A stretch of 64,000 bases of DNA from Utricularia gibba (lineage: Eukaryota > Plantae > Magnoliophyta), in contig NEEC01000016.1 of assembly GCA_002189035.1 (NCBI GenBank), forward strand, positions 248,001-312,000, read 5' to 3'. Below are positions 37,284-50,414 of this stretch, one piece after another. A model generated the notes under the pieces. It was given only the letters and a program-made list of their open reading frames with translations, made no database searches and was not told the DNA's origin. A program made the translations under genes and the position numbers. Each line of letters starts with the position of its first letter. Position 1 is the stretch's first letter.

Positions 37284-38672
37284 TTGAGTGTTTGATCATT
37301 CTATCAGATCCCCTGATCCTACCTACATGACTTCTTGGGTTACATAACTGATGGCTATGGATGGAATCAACAGAAAGGAGCCATATTTACCAGTCTTTAG
37401 AAACTGCATGCGTTTGTCCAAGAAGCATGTGTGTCAAACAGTGGTAGGGATATACCATTTGCTAGGCTTCTTTGAAAATTAGTCATCTTAATATTCTCTC
37501 ATATATATAGTAAGAATAATTATGTATCATATAGTAAGAATAAAATTTTACACATAAGATGATTATTTTTCATATACACTAATAATAGAACAGTTACTTT
37601 TCAAATTCATTCATATTTTGCTTCCCTCCATCATGATTTATGTCCCATTTGTATAGTGTATGTTTTTAAAATAAGTATTATATAAATTATGTTGTTTAGT
37701 AAAATTACTATAAGTTGAGTTTTGAAATATTTTATAGTAATTTTTTAAAACAGTCATATATATTTATTAAATTAATGTGTTAAATATATATTTTTATTAA
37801 TATATTTATATTTAAACAATCAAATCAAATTATTAAAAAAATATGATTGTTTTGCCAAGGATTAGTGGCTGACATTTTTAATGGTGGATTGTCGTTCCCC
37901 TTCTTCTCCGTCCACAGAGATTTTTAAGATGAGCATTAATTTGCCGAGAGTGCGCCATTTGTGTTGTCCGAGGGATTTCTCTCGTTGAAGCAAGTGATTC
38001 GGAGGGCCCCTTGACGTTGCTGAACGGGACGTCTGTGGTGATCGTTTCATCCCCTCCGAGGGGGGTGAAATTGAAATAATGGTGCTTCATTGATTTCAGC
38101 ATTCAAATATAGAAGCTTGTTGCTTCGCTGTAGATTTGCTGCCTGAAGAAAAATCAATCCGAGTTTTCCCATTGTATGTGCGCGCCGGATGCGTGAATAC
38201 GCGCGGCCCTTGTTTTTAGGAGTATCTTGCGCGTCCTTTTGTGTCTGTGATGATTGCGATATTGCCCTTTTGATATTCCTGAAGTTGATTTCTGTTGTGG
38301 GGTTGATTCGATACGCGGCGCCTTTTGTTTTGGGTTCTGTTTTCTTGATTGGAACATACATTTTGAATCTTCATGAAACAAATTGTGTAGAAAATCCGCG
38401 TATTTGTGGGTGCGTATCTTGGAATGCCTGGTTTTTGTGAAAAACCTGGTATTCTTCAGGTTCTTTGAAGATTTTCTTGAAATATAAGTTGTTTTGGTGG
38501 GCTAGTTTGATTTTTCTGAGATGGCTTTCAGCTGTATGTGATTCATTTGCAGCTACTTGAATCTCTATGAAGACACTTATTTTGAACTAATTTAATTTAT
38601 TCATTGGATTCATCTGTTTTTCTTGTGCATTCACTAGGGTAATCCAAGACCTTTATTGTAAATCTTACAAAG

Positions 38673-40491
38673 ATGACTCTCGTAAATCCAAGTCCTGTGA
38701 AAGAATCAAAGTCAAGGAAGAAGAACAAGCAAGTAGTTGCTGATGAGAAATCGCCATTGTTGCCCGTTAGTAAATCAGAAGATGGTGGATTCGATGAATT
38801 CAATGGAGCTTCCTTCAGTGGTGCAGTGTTTAATCTCTCAACAACAATTATCGGTGCGGGGATAATGGCTTTGCCTGCCACGATGAAAGTTTTGGGACTT
38901 CTTCTGGGGATTGCCATGATCATCATTATGGCCTTCCTGACTGAGTCATCGATTGAGTTTCTACTCAGGTTCAGCCGGACTGCAAAGTCAGCCTCCTATG
39001 GAGGCCTCATGGGTGATGCATTTGGGAAGTTTGGAAGGGTATTGATTCAACTATGTATATTAGTCAACAACATTGGTGTACTTGTAGTCTACATGATTAT
39101 CATAGGTAACAAACTCCTTCTCAAAGCTAAGCTGCGTTTGTAGGTTATGCTAAGTTGTGGTTGCTTGTTCATTAAACCTTCACCCTCTTACTGAGTGATT
39201 TAATTGTTCAGGTGATGTGCTTTCTGGGACAACATCAGATGGAATTCATCATGCTGGAGTCTTGGAAGAATGGTTTGGAGAACACTGGTGGACAGGACGC
39301 TTTTTTATTCTTCTTGTCACCACTCTTGCTATATTTGCGCCACTGGCCAGTTTAAAGCGAATTGGTAACTTTCTTTTTTATATCATCCTGCAAATATTGA
39401 ACTCTTGATACAAACCCTTTTGCAATGCTACTATTTCTTTTTCATCTGAGCCTGCCATCAACTGAAATGAAGTCTCTGTTTTCAGACTCGCTTAGATACA
39501 CGTCTGCTTTATCTGTTGGACTTGCTGTGGTGTTTCTTGTAATCATGGTGGGTATTTCCCTCGTGAAGTTGTTCACTGGAACTGTTGCGATGCCCAGGTT
39601 GCTTCCAGATGTTAAAGATTTAGCATCCGTACTCGATCTCTTCACTGTTGTTCCCGTTCTTGTCACAGCGTATATCTGCCACTATAATGGTATGAATCTT
39701 GTGACTTTCAGTGGATAAGAACCAATCTGATCTCTCAACAGTACGAAACAGTACTCTTTGGATGGAACTAAGCTAATGTTTGTCATTCTCATTTGAAGTA
39801 CACTCCATTGACAATGAGCTCGAGGACAGCACACAGATCAAAGCCGTAGTGAGGACCTCCCTTGCCCTCTGCTCAACCATTTATGTCATGACCAGCCTCT
39901 TCGGCTTCCTCTTATTTGGTGATGGCACGCTTGATGATGTCCTTGCAAACTTCTCAACTGATCTCGGAATCCCGTTTGGCTCACTGCTTAATGATGCGGT
40001 TCGCATCAGCTATGCCGCCCACCTGATGCTCGTAGTCCCCATCATATTCTTCCCCCTCCGGCTGAACCTGGACGGCCTTCTCTTCCCATCTGCCCCGCCT
40101 TTGGCATCAGACAATGTCAGATTTGCTTCCCTCAGCATTGGTCTCATTGCCATCGTCTTCCTTGGCGCAAACTTCATTCCCAGCATATGGGATGCTTTTC
40201 AGTTCACCGGAGCCACTGCAGCAGTCTGCATCGGATTCATTCTACCCGCTGCCATTACTCTCAGGTAACCTGAAGTCTTGAGCTAAGAAGACACTTCCCA
40301 ACATGCGTCAGCTGATGCAATAATAAAGCTGTGATTGGGGTTGTTCTTGCAGGGACCGATATGGCATCGCAACTAAGAAAGACAGGAACTTGGCGATCTT
40401 CATGGTCGTTCTTGCTGTTTTCTCGAACCTCGTGGCGATATACAGCGATGCATATGCGCTGATCAAGAAAGGGCCATCTCGCCAAGGCTGA
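38673..40491 (+). CDS. AVT6: Amino acid transporter AVT6-like (AAAP/Aa_trans family)
   Basis: 5 exons with consistent phases. ASFSGAVFNLSTTIIGAGIMALPA, VNNIGVLVVYMIIIGDVLSG, DSLRYTSALSV, VTAYICHYNVHSI, FQFTGATAAVCIGF. Confidence 0.94.
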
Positions 40492-41808
40492 CGGCGGCCG
40501 TCCGTCCGACCGGCATCCCCGACCTCACGTAATAACAGTGAGGAGGGTGTACGCAGAGAAGCACACCTCATACTCCATAAAATCTGTATGCAATTCTCCA
40601 GAGTGATGAACATGGAAAACAGTTTTATTGATACACTGAGAATGTACATGGTTGTGTCTCTGATTGTAATGGAAGGCATTATCATTTTCTTGAGATATAA
40701 ATTTAATTTATTTGAATTAATATAAGATTGATGTAAAGAAATTAATTTTTTAAACAATGTTTAGTTATCAAGATTAGAAATAGAATTAGTAGTTTTAAAT
40801 AAAATATACTTTTAAATAATTTACGTACATAAGGCTAAAAAAATTCATGTAATTCTCGACTTATTTAAATTTATCAACTAAATATTTTATACTTTATAAT
40901 TTTAATTTAAACAGTTGGATATAGAAGATTTATATCTAACTTTACACATATATCATTCTTTGAATAACTAGCATGTGTATCATTCTTATATAATTATACA
41001 ATTCACATATTCATTTTTTTAAAATATAAATGATATACATAAGTGTAGAAAAGGGAAGAATGCGAATTATATCTATAATATTTACATACTCAAACATTAT
41101 ATATAATTGAGTATATAATATAATTAAATATATTAATACCTTACTATCAAACAACTTCATCTAATCCTACTAACTAAACACATACTAAAAATTGTGGTAG
41201 TTAAAAATGGTGAGTGGAAGTAAGATTTCTTAGAAAAAGGAAAGCGGTGCAGACCATTGGGTTTATGAAAACCCGACCCGGATGTTGAAACAGGGACCAC
41301 TGGGTTGGGCCGGGGCAGGTCCATGGTGTTCTCCGCCCCTGTTTCTATCAAAAACATTAAAATATTTAATGCTCTGGTAGTTTTTTTTTTTCAATGATTT
41401 TCAGTAGGTGTGAAGAAAAAGGAAAAGATGCTGGAAATTTGACTGTGAATGGGGAAGATGTACGGGATTTTTGTTAGCTGGAGGGGAGTGGGAAGAAGTA
41501 GGATTTGATTTTTTTGAAACAATTCAAACAGCTAGATAAGCCCACCAATTTGTCGCTCGACGTTTCATATTCAGTCGGTGTGGATGTGGAAGGCAATGAA
41601 TGCCAGATTCAGAGCATTCCTTTGTCTCTCTTCCTTTTTTACGACTTTTGCTGTTGTGTGTGTTGATGATTGCAGCTGGGTTTTTGGGTGAACGCCGTTT
41701 TGCTTGGGTTTTTATTTGTTGGTGATGGCTGAATCTGAGAAATTTTGGTGGGATGTCTTTTTTGTCAAGGTTTTGGAGCCGTAAATTGTGTTTGTAAACC
41801 TGATTTGA

Positions 41809-43092
41809 ATGGAGGAAGCTGCCTCAAATTCTAGGTGGCTGAGAGGTACCGTACAGTTGGACGGGGTTTTTCTCCGGCAAGCAAGCTATGGCTGCTGTGG
41901 GTCTAGAAATACCGGTTCTCTTGGTCGAATTGGGTCGAGAAATACAAGTCCGTCGAGGCAGAAGGTGATTAAAACGAAACCACGGGGGCTAGATGAAGAA
42001 ACTGCAGCCTCGTTTGGCAAATGTCTTCAACCAGATGTACAGATGGAAGATAGCATATGGGCCAGGCTTCCAGAAGATCTTTTGAATGAGATCTTGGTTA
42101 GGCTTCCGCCATTCATGATATTCAGACTGCGGTCTGTATGTAGGAGATGGAATTCGATCCTGCAAGATCAGAGCTTTTTGAAGTTTCACTCACAAGTCCC
42201 CTCTCATGGACCATGCCTTCTCACATATTGGAAAAACTCGCAGACTCCTCAGTGTTCAGTATTTAGCTTGCCTTTGAAACAGTGGTTTCGAATCCCATTT
42301 ACCTTTCTTCCAGCTTGGGCCTTCTTTCTAGTTGGCTCTTCTGGAGGCCTTGTATGCTTCGCAGGGCTGGATGGCTTCATTTTTAGGACACTGGTTTGCA
42401 ATCCGCTGACACAGACTTGGAGGACCTTGCCTAGCATGCATTATAACCAGCAAAGGCAGTTGGTTATGGTTGTTGACCGTAAGGACCGGTCCTTTAAAGT
42501 TATAGCCACAAGTGATATTTATGGGGACAGAGCCTTGCCTACCGAAGTGTATGACTCAAAACTTAACAAATGGCTCATTCATGAAAGCATGCCTGCTGTA
42601 AACCTTTGCTCCTCAAAGATGGCATTTTGTGAATCAAGGTTGTACTTGGAAACGCTTTCACCGCTTGGTCTGATGATGTATCGTCTGGACAGTGGACACT
42701 GGGAGCATATACCTGCAAAGTTTCCCCGGTCATTGTTGGATGGATACCTTGTAGCAGGAACACAAAAGCGCCTGTTTCTAGTTGGAAGAATTGGACTATA
42801 TAGTACTCTCCAAAGTATGAAGATATGGGAGCTGGACCATACGAAATTGGTATGGATTGAGGTGAGCAGAATGCCTCCAAAGTACTTTCGAGCTCTTTTC
42901 AGGCTATCTGCCGAAAGATTCGAATGCTTCGGTCAGGATAATCTGATATGCTTTACATCTTGGAACCAGGGGAAGGGCCTCCTCTATGATGTTGATAAAA
43001 AGGTTTGGTCTTGGATAGCTGGGTTTGCCCTCCAGCCTTATAATAGCCAGGTTTGCTTCTATGAGCCAAGATTCGATGCCAGTGTCTGCTGA
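41809..43092 (+). CDS. F-box/kelch-repeat protein (At5g15710-like), intronless
   Basis: 427-aa ORF. F-box [30 protein letters not shown]; [20 protein letters not shown]; C-terminus [11 protein letters not shown]. Confidence 0.95.
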   Translation: MEEAASNSRWLRGTVQLDGVFLRQASYGCCGSRNTGSLGRIGSRNTSPSRQKVIKTKPRGLDEETAASFGKCLQPDVQMEDSIWARLPEDLLNEILVRLPPFMIFRLRSVCRRWNSILQDQSFLKFHSQVPSHGPCLLTYWKNSQTPQCSVFSLPLKQWFRIPFTFLPAWAFFLVGSSGGLVCFAGLDGFIFRTLVCNPLTQTWRTLPSMHYNQQRQLVMVVDRKDRSFKVIATSDIYGDRALPTEVYDSKLNKWLIHESMPAVNLCSSKMAFCESRLYLETLSPLGLMMYRLDSGHWEHIPAKFPRSLLDGYLVAGTQKRLFLVGRIGLYSTLQSMKIWELDHTKLVWIEVSRMPPKYFRALFRLSAERFECFGQDNLICFTSWNQGKGLLYDVDKKVWSWIAGFALQPYNSQVCFYEPRFDASVC

Positions 43093-44062
43093 AATGGTTG
43101 CACCCATGTTCACATCCAATGGCAACCTCTTTAACTAGCATTGCTAACGAGGCTAAACAAAACGCTCCCTGTGAAGATCATGTTTCACGTCAGTCTCCAT
43201 GTCTACTTCTTCCATCCAAATTCCATAAACTAAATCTGATACAACATATGACTCATCTGTTTTTACTCTTGACATTTCTAATGGTATTCATGGTTCAGTC
43301 TTCACATAGTTTAGTGATCTACCGTGTTACTAAGAATCACAGTTGATTTTGGTTACCTGTCTCTTGTAATAGTTTGTTACACAGAGCAAGATGTGGATAT
43401 TTTTTGGTTTTAAGTTCATTGGATGATTGAGAATCTTTAGCCATTGAAAGTTTTGTGAATACTGGAAATCCACATCTGTACTGATGGGAATTGTTAAAGG
43501 GAAATAATGTCTGTTACCATGTCTGATTGGGACACATCGTTTTTTCACTTGGATCACATCACTTTCTGTTGAATCCATAACACGATGCGGCGCATTTCCT
43601 GGCTTTACAGTTGCCCACGAATACTATAGACATGGTCCAAGTTACTCTTCTACATATTGAAAATTCAAAGTTATTTGGATGCTACACACACCTCTTCAAA
43701 AGTTGTGAAACTAGAGACAACCACAAGTTGTAATGTACGTTTCTGTTGTATGGCATTTTTGTAATGTCGTTGCACACTTGGGTAGATACAACAAGCCCGC
43801 TTACATTTACTGACGTAAAGAGCTGCTTGGCTTTATGTTACTGAATTTTGCCTGAAAACCAGAGATTGTAAAAAAGGAGTCCTCGAGATCACCATCCCGC
43901 CAATAAAAAGACACTGTTGTCTGTTCTGATAAGATTTCTGAATGGTAGTATGAATTTACTATTTTCTCTGCTCATTATTTTAATAATTCAGTTTCTTTAA
44001 GCTCTATTTGTCCCCACGAGCATAGTTGATTGTCGGGAACTTTGACTGACGTTTGAAAGTTC

Positions 44063-44070
44063 TATAAAAA
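44063..44070 (+). promoter_or_regulatory. Probable TATA box of the peptide-precursor gene
   Basis: TATAAAAA about 70 bp upstream of ATG 44138. Confidence 0.55.
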
Positions 44071-44137
44071 TCACCTTTTTCATTTCCTTGCTCTCTATGT
44101 TCAGGTGTTTGGAATGAATAAGGGGAAAGGCTAGAAA

Positions 44138-44715
44138 ATGAGAAGTCCTTGTTTCCCAGGGATGCTTTGTTTTTTCCTCATTTGTTTAGCTACGGAGGTC
44201 ACTAATGCAAGATTTCATCTGGGAATCAACAACATGCTGGTGAAATCCGAATTTCTTGGAGGAAGAAAGGCTCTGCTGCAGCTGTATGCTGAAGACAAGA
44301 AACCAGTTTTGATCCCAGGTTCAAAAGCCTTTCTTTTCTCATGACACATTTCTGTGAGACTTTCTTTGTGTCTGTTTCCAAAATGTTCGATGAACCAGCT
44401 GGTGCAGACACACCTTCTTTGAGGGAAGAAGAAGATGAAGATGATGATGAAGAAGAAGAACAAGGGTATCATCACATTGGCTCCAAGGCAGGAGTTTTGC
44501 TTATGTTCTTGATGCATTGTTTTCAGATTCTCAAATTCTAGTATTTTATTTGCTGCTTTTCAATCCAGATGCCCAGTAAAAAGAACTACAGCACCCAGAA
44601 GTATGATGAGAAGAAGGCATTCCTTGATGCTGCTGAAAAAGTTGAAAGAATGATGTGGAAGGATTACAGAGGAATGAACCGGCCAAGACTGAAACCACCC
44701 ATTAACAACCGCTGA
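44138..44715 (+). CDS. Secreted RGF/GOLVEN/CLE-like (tyrosine-sulfated) peptide precursor, about 138 aa
   Basis: Exons 44138-44318, 44399-44487, 44569-44715. Signal-peptide-like N-terminus, acidic spacer, C-terminal DYRGMNRPRLKPPINNR* matching the DY...PP(I/R)(H/N)N family motif. Confidence 0.82.
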
Positions 44716-45453
44716 GGCAAGACCAGATCTCAGCTACCCAACAAGCTTCATCCCATTTATCAAAGTCGCGCAGACAACAAGCACTTCTTATATCACATTT
44801 CGCATGTCCATGACATGAGCATACAGGTGTTTAATAAACATGGCTCCGCATTACTGATTCTCCCTTATGATTCTTGGGTTTATTTTGAATTCATTGATTG
44901 AACTCTTGTTGAAGCCACATTCAGCTCTAGTATTATTATACTCCAAAATGTGGGCATTGAGAGATCATTCAACCTCCTGTGAAAAAAATAAGGTACAGAA
45001 CACACAAGTGTGCTCTTGTTCGCTCCATTTGTTCAATACTCGAAAACACAGTCAACAGCTGCAGAAAGAACAAAGTGATGTTATTGCAGAAGAGATGATA
45101 GCGCGGTACAACAATTGAGTAGTAGTGAGGTACTGCTCAGCAAGTGGGGGGACAAAAAGATTTGCATTTAAAGAGTATCAATCCCAGTTAGATTGACAAC
45201 TGCATATCTAGTCAAGGCAAGTTATTAATACATGAAGAAGTTTAGCGGCATCATGAGAAATAATGACACTAGATTACCACAGCTACATTTTCCACCTACT
45301 GTCACTCTCGTGAAAATAGAACTGATCTTCATTTTCCTTTCCTGCATTGAAAGGCTGTGTTCCGCTACTGTTTCCCACAATCAGCTCCAACACGAGCAAT
45401 CACCAGGGTTCATGATAATTGTTGATAATAACAAGAAATGTGTTTCATCAAAC

Positions 45454-48430
45454 TTATCTTTCCCCTCCCTCCAGTTCTTCTTGATCTTCTATCTGTATTT
45501 CTTCTTTGTTGTTGCTTATTTCAGCATCCCCCTCGTTGGTGTCTGTGGATTGGTTGAAAGAAACAGGAGAACCTGGTGAATCTGCATCATCATCATCGCT
45601 GTCATCTTCAACATCACCCTCATACCCCCTCTTCAATCCTTGTGCTTCCATTTCTGATGGGCAACTCTGGATGGATCCCAGGACATTATGTAATGCTGAT
45701 TGAGATGAAATGGAAGAAGCATCTCTTGAGGATGCATTTCTAGAAGATGCGTCTTCTACATCTTTTTGCAGGCACGAACACTCTGGAACAGGAAAGGAAA
45801 GAAATGATAGAGGCTTCAAAAATTTGGCCTCCTGCTCCAATCCATCAACCATGTTTTTTTGCAGGTTCCTTCTAACCAATCTCATCCAAGTACGGTTGGG
45901 TTTATAAAAATTATCTCGGATCTCATCCATGAGCATAGCAATTTCTTTCCTGCAAAAGCAAAAGTCTGAAAAATAGCCAGCATGATACTTCAACTAAAAA
46001 TGCTACCTGCCAATAAAGATACCTATCTATCCTGAAGGTCTTTGAGGAAGCTGACAGATAGAGCCTGTGTCCGATTACCAAGCTTGCAAAATTCGGGTTT
46101 CCCTTGCCATCACGATCAAATCCTGGTATAAACACATCTGCCTCAACACATATTGTGTAATCAATTGCTTCCCACAACAGCTTGTGTGCATTAGTCCTTA
46201 ATTCCACAACAGTGCTTTCAGGCTCATTGTCACTCTCAGCTACCCATCCCCACCAACCTTCAATGTTGTAAGGATACTTCTGTCTTGGTGGAGGTGGTGG
46301 AAGTGGACGAGGGCGAGGACCAGAAGTTTTCCAGGTATCAGGCTTCTTTTCCTCCTTAGCTTGAATCAGCATCTTGGGGGCTTTGTCTACAAGATTAGCT
46401 TCACGGCCATATATTTTGTCCAACTCCCATGGCAAGCTCAATGAAGTTCGATCTACAACATTCTCAAACATCGCATGCAGAGGAATGAGTTTCTTCTGCC
46501 CACCGAAAACTTCTCCACCAGAGAGGTATATGATTGTGTCCCATGAATAGCCATATGAATGTAAGAGAACACTAATCTGCAACCATAAAACACATGCAAA
46601 TATAGATGCAAGCAATCTCTTAATAAGCAGGGATAAGCAGCATACTTCCTCAGGCATCAGGGGGCAAAGGCCATTACGATGTTGTTCCACTGAATCCACA
46701 GAAAGGTTTCCCTTCACAATATTGCGTTTCAGCATCCATGCTCGTTTGTGCTGAATGAGTTCAGTGTGCACATCCTACAGAGCATTTGTTTTTTTTCAGA
46801 GGATTTGCCTTTAAATACTTTAGCTGACTGAATTTTGTGAATACAGAGACAAAAGAAAAGCACCTGAAACAGCTCAGCACATCCATGGTATGCTAAAGCA
46901 TCTCTTGTCATCCCAGGATCATAAGCAATGAATGGCCTTCCTGAAGCTCTTAACCTGTACAAGATTTTTGTGGCCAGCTCCTGGACCTCATCCCTGAACT
47001 TAAGAGCATGAAACGCAACACGACATCGTAGCCTCTGGTATTCTTCAAGATGGGGAGGAAGAAGGGCCTGGGAATAGCCATACCACCAGCCACAAAAAAG
47101 GTGAGCATCCAGTACCCTATCTGCTTTTCATATCGAAAATCAGACTACCTGTAAGCATCCCCCATCAGGCACAACGAGCTCAACAACCAAGTGCTTACTC
47201 AAAACTGGCAGAACATGATGAAGATAAAATGATAAAGAAGCCGATTTAGGCACTTTAAAAGAAGGAATTTCTTTCTTTCGCCTTGCTCCTTTGAGATCCT
47301 TTGGAAGTGTTTTCACAATTTGGATATCTCTAACTAACACGGCCATAAACTCATCTTCACTGTAGATGTACGCAAAGCTCTTGAACTGTGTGCTGCAGAA
47401 TTACAAGCGATAGAAACAAACATTTAGATGCCTCCTAATTCTGGATGACAGCTGAGACGAAGATTGAGACAAGGAAACAACCTTATACCCTTGCTACTTG
47501 TAGTAGACTGAACTTCGGGAATGACAAGTGTAGCATTGAGAAACCGAGCAATGACAACAACATCACAAATCTTCAGAAAACAAAAACGAGAAATTTCATT
47601 AAGTTTCCACTGCACATACGAAAGAATAAGCCAGAGTTCTTGATCACTCACCGAATTCCTGATTTCATGGAAGCCCCCTTGAATCCTCACAAAAATGTAT
47701 CCATTAGACCGAGAAGGAGCTGAAAAAAAAAACTAGACAAACTGTTAGAAAACCTAAAAAAAAAATGGAACTCGCAGTAGCTAATAGCATAAATGAGTGA
47801 AACAAAAGCACTCTAACCTACATATTCTCCCCTAGGATTTGCATAGGGCTTAATTCCTTCGAGTTGCCTCACCGGACCCCAATTTCTTCTAAACAAAGCG
47901 TTCTGCAGGCCAGAGGAATGGACAAAAAGGAAAATGAAAATTCGAGAACAACCCACAATCGTTGGTAAACTGTCTGATTCAAAAACAAAGAAGGTGTAAC
48001 TGAGTAACAGGAAACAAAAAAACAAAGATGCTATAACTGAACTGAACTTCAGCCACAACAAGAACTGTATAAAATTTACCTAAAAAACTGGGAGATACCG
48101 AATTTACAGCACACACCAAATGTTAAAGGCAAATCGAAGAATGAGAAAGTTGCAAAATATAACACAAGAGAAACAGTAAAAATTAGATCTTTAGAACATT
48201 ACAGCAGCGGAAAGGTTAGCATGGTCGAAGATGGGTCTCCACGAAATGATGGTGATGGAAGATTTGAAGTCGGAAACAACAAATCCAACAGAGTAACCAG
48301 CGAGTAGAAAGTGAATGAGGAGAGAAAAGGCAGAAAGAACAAGACCAAATAGCCCAACCCACTTCAGCCTCGACCTGAAAACCACCGCTTTTCCCTCTCC
48401 AGGGCTACATTTGCGGGGACTAAACCTCAT
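45454..48430 (-). CDS. O-fucosyltransferase family protein (DUF246; OFUT27-like)
   Basis: 9 exons. SRLKWVGLFGLVLS TM anchor, GYIFVRIQGGFHEIRNSICDVVVIARFLNATLVIPEVQ, RLRCRVAFHALKF, GLCPLMPEE, LWEAIDYTICVEADVFIPGFD, acidic C-terminus. Confidence 0.93.
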
Positions 48431-50414
48431 TCTTCGATTTTCCGGTCAGTCTGGAACAGGATTCCCGAAAAGGCGGTTGAAAAAGGTTACAAAAAATAGT
48501 AGCCACCTCCCCCTCCGGGTAAAACTAAAAGTTTGTCCCCAAACCAAATATCATTACTTTTAGCAAGGAACGCTTGATACAGAGCAAAGCATTCAGGCCA
48601 GTCCGCACTCGCCTTGATTGTTGTGTTTCTTATGAAACGAACTTCCCTAGCTTCATTAACAATTTGCTCAACCCATTACCCTCTGCCGGTGGCGGCGCTC
48701 GGGGACCAGCATACAACCACTCCCCATTCCCATTCCACAGCAGCGCGTGAAAAGAAGAAACACATGTCACGTGAGAAGTGGGTGTCCACGATATACCGAA
48801 AAACGCAACTACAGACAGCAAGTGTTTAATGTTCCGGTGATAATCATTAACATATTGCCATTACATGTGAATAATTATAGCTAAAACTAATTGCAGTGGA
48901 GCCTCTGAAAGCATAAAGAAAAGAAAGAGCGGGGACCGGAAGGCGATGACACGCCACCGGATTACAGAACCATACACGTCGGATCCGAATGAAGTTGATC
49001 GGAGATGGGGTCAAGTATATTGACAAGAGGTGTCAAAGAGCAGCAGCGGCAGCTCGCCCCACAAGCCATAATTTTGAGAGAGGACCCTCTTCCACCCTTC
49101 CTCCCTCCCTCCTTTTCTCCCTCTCCCCCCCACTCTCCGTGAAATGCGACGGATCCTGGACACTAACAGCTACAGGGGTGTCGCTGTTGGTAAATGAAGA
49201 TAGACTCCAATTATGAAATCTCATGCTATTACAGGTACTAATGACAGGTCCTTGTCATGATGATGCCACGTGTTCTATTTTTATTGGTGGTGCCTGCCAA
49301 TAATTGGTAAATATTTTGTAATGATATAATTGCAAAATTTACACCGGGTAATAAAGCTGCACTAACGACAATTTTACACTTGGATGAAAATGTATTTATA
49401 TTAAATATTTTCTATGCATGGGTCCCACTCAGATCCCGATTCCGAGATCATCGCCGGTCGACGACGATTCCGATGTCTGAGGAGACGATCGGCTCCGATT
49501 GATTCACTGATTGTGTTGTATGGAGATGGTGAATGCAATTGATCAAGCGGCGGAGACGCGTGGTCAGATCATCGGAGTTTCAACGTAGCGGTGGAAAAAG
49601 AAACTAAAATCCTCGCAACGGGAGCAACCTGAACTCGATCGACACATTACCGGAGGAGTTCATTTCCTCCAACCATGGTAACTCCTGACCAACTGTTTCT
49701 TTCGCGTTCAGCAGCTTTTCCTTCATTACCATCTCCCAAGTTTCGAGCGTTTTGCCTTCGTCGTTGCCCATCATCGTGGTGCGGCTACTGCAGATGAGGA
49801 TGATTTCCGGAATTTGAGATGATGCTGGAGCTGCTCGAAACCATATACAGGATGGTGTTCAGGCAATCTCCACGAGCATTTCCGGAGCATCCAGCACCCA
49901 AGTTCACACGTTTACTGGAAGTATAACACCTTAACCCTCAGCAGGTCTCAGATGGTAACATGCATGCTGAACTACAATTATTTCATCAATTTTGCATGGA
50001 ACATTCACTCAATGGTGGAGCATTGTCCTCTTCCTTTGAAGATAGAATCGGCTGACAAATAAGTGATGCTCTTCTTTTCTTTTATCAACAAAGAAGTGAT
50101 GCTCTTGTAGTTGGTATGATCGTATCGCTAGAAAATCTTCATGCAGCTAGCTGTTGGACAAAGAGATATATAGTGTTTCTGTATCTAGATTAGGAACTTG
50201 GACTGCCTTAGACAAAGGAATAACTCCGCAGTTTGATAAAACCAAGTTGCCCACAAAATAGAAGGGACCAGGATTTCAAATGCTTCAGAATGATATTCAT
50301 ACAGCTAGTGAAGATCCTTTCCTTTATTCTTGAACTTTCTGAAGCAGAATCCTTCATGCCATACATAATACAGCAGATATATGATTCTTTAGAAACTGTT
50401 GTCTCTGAAGGTTT

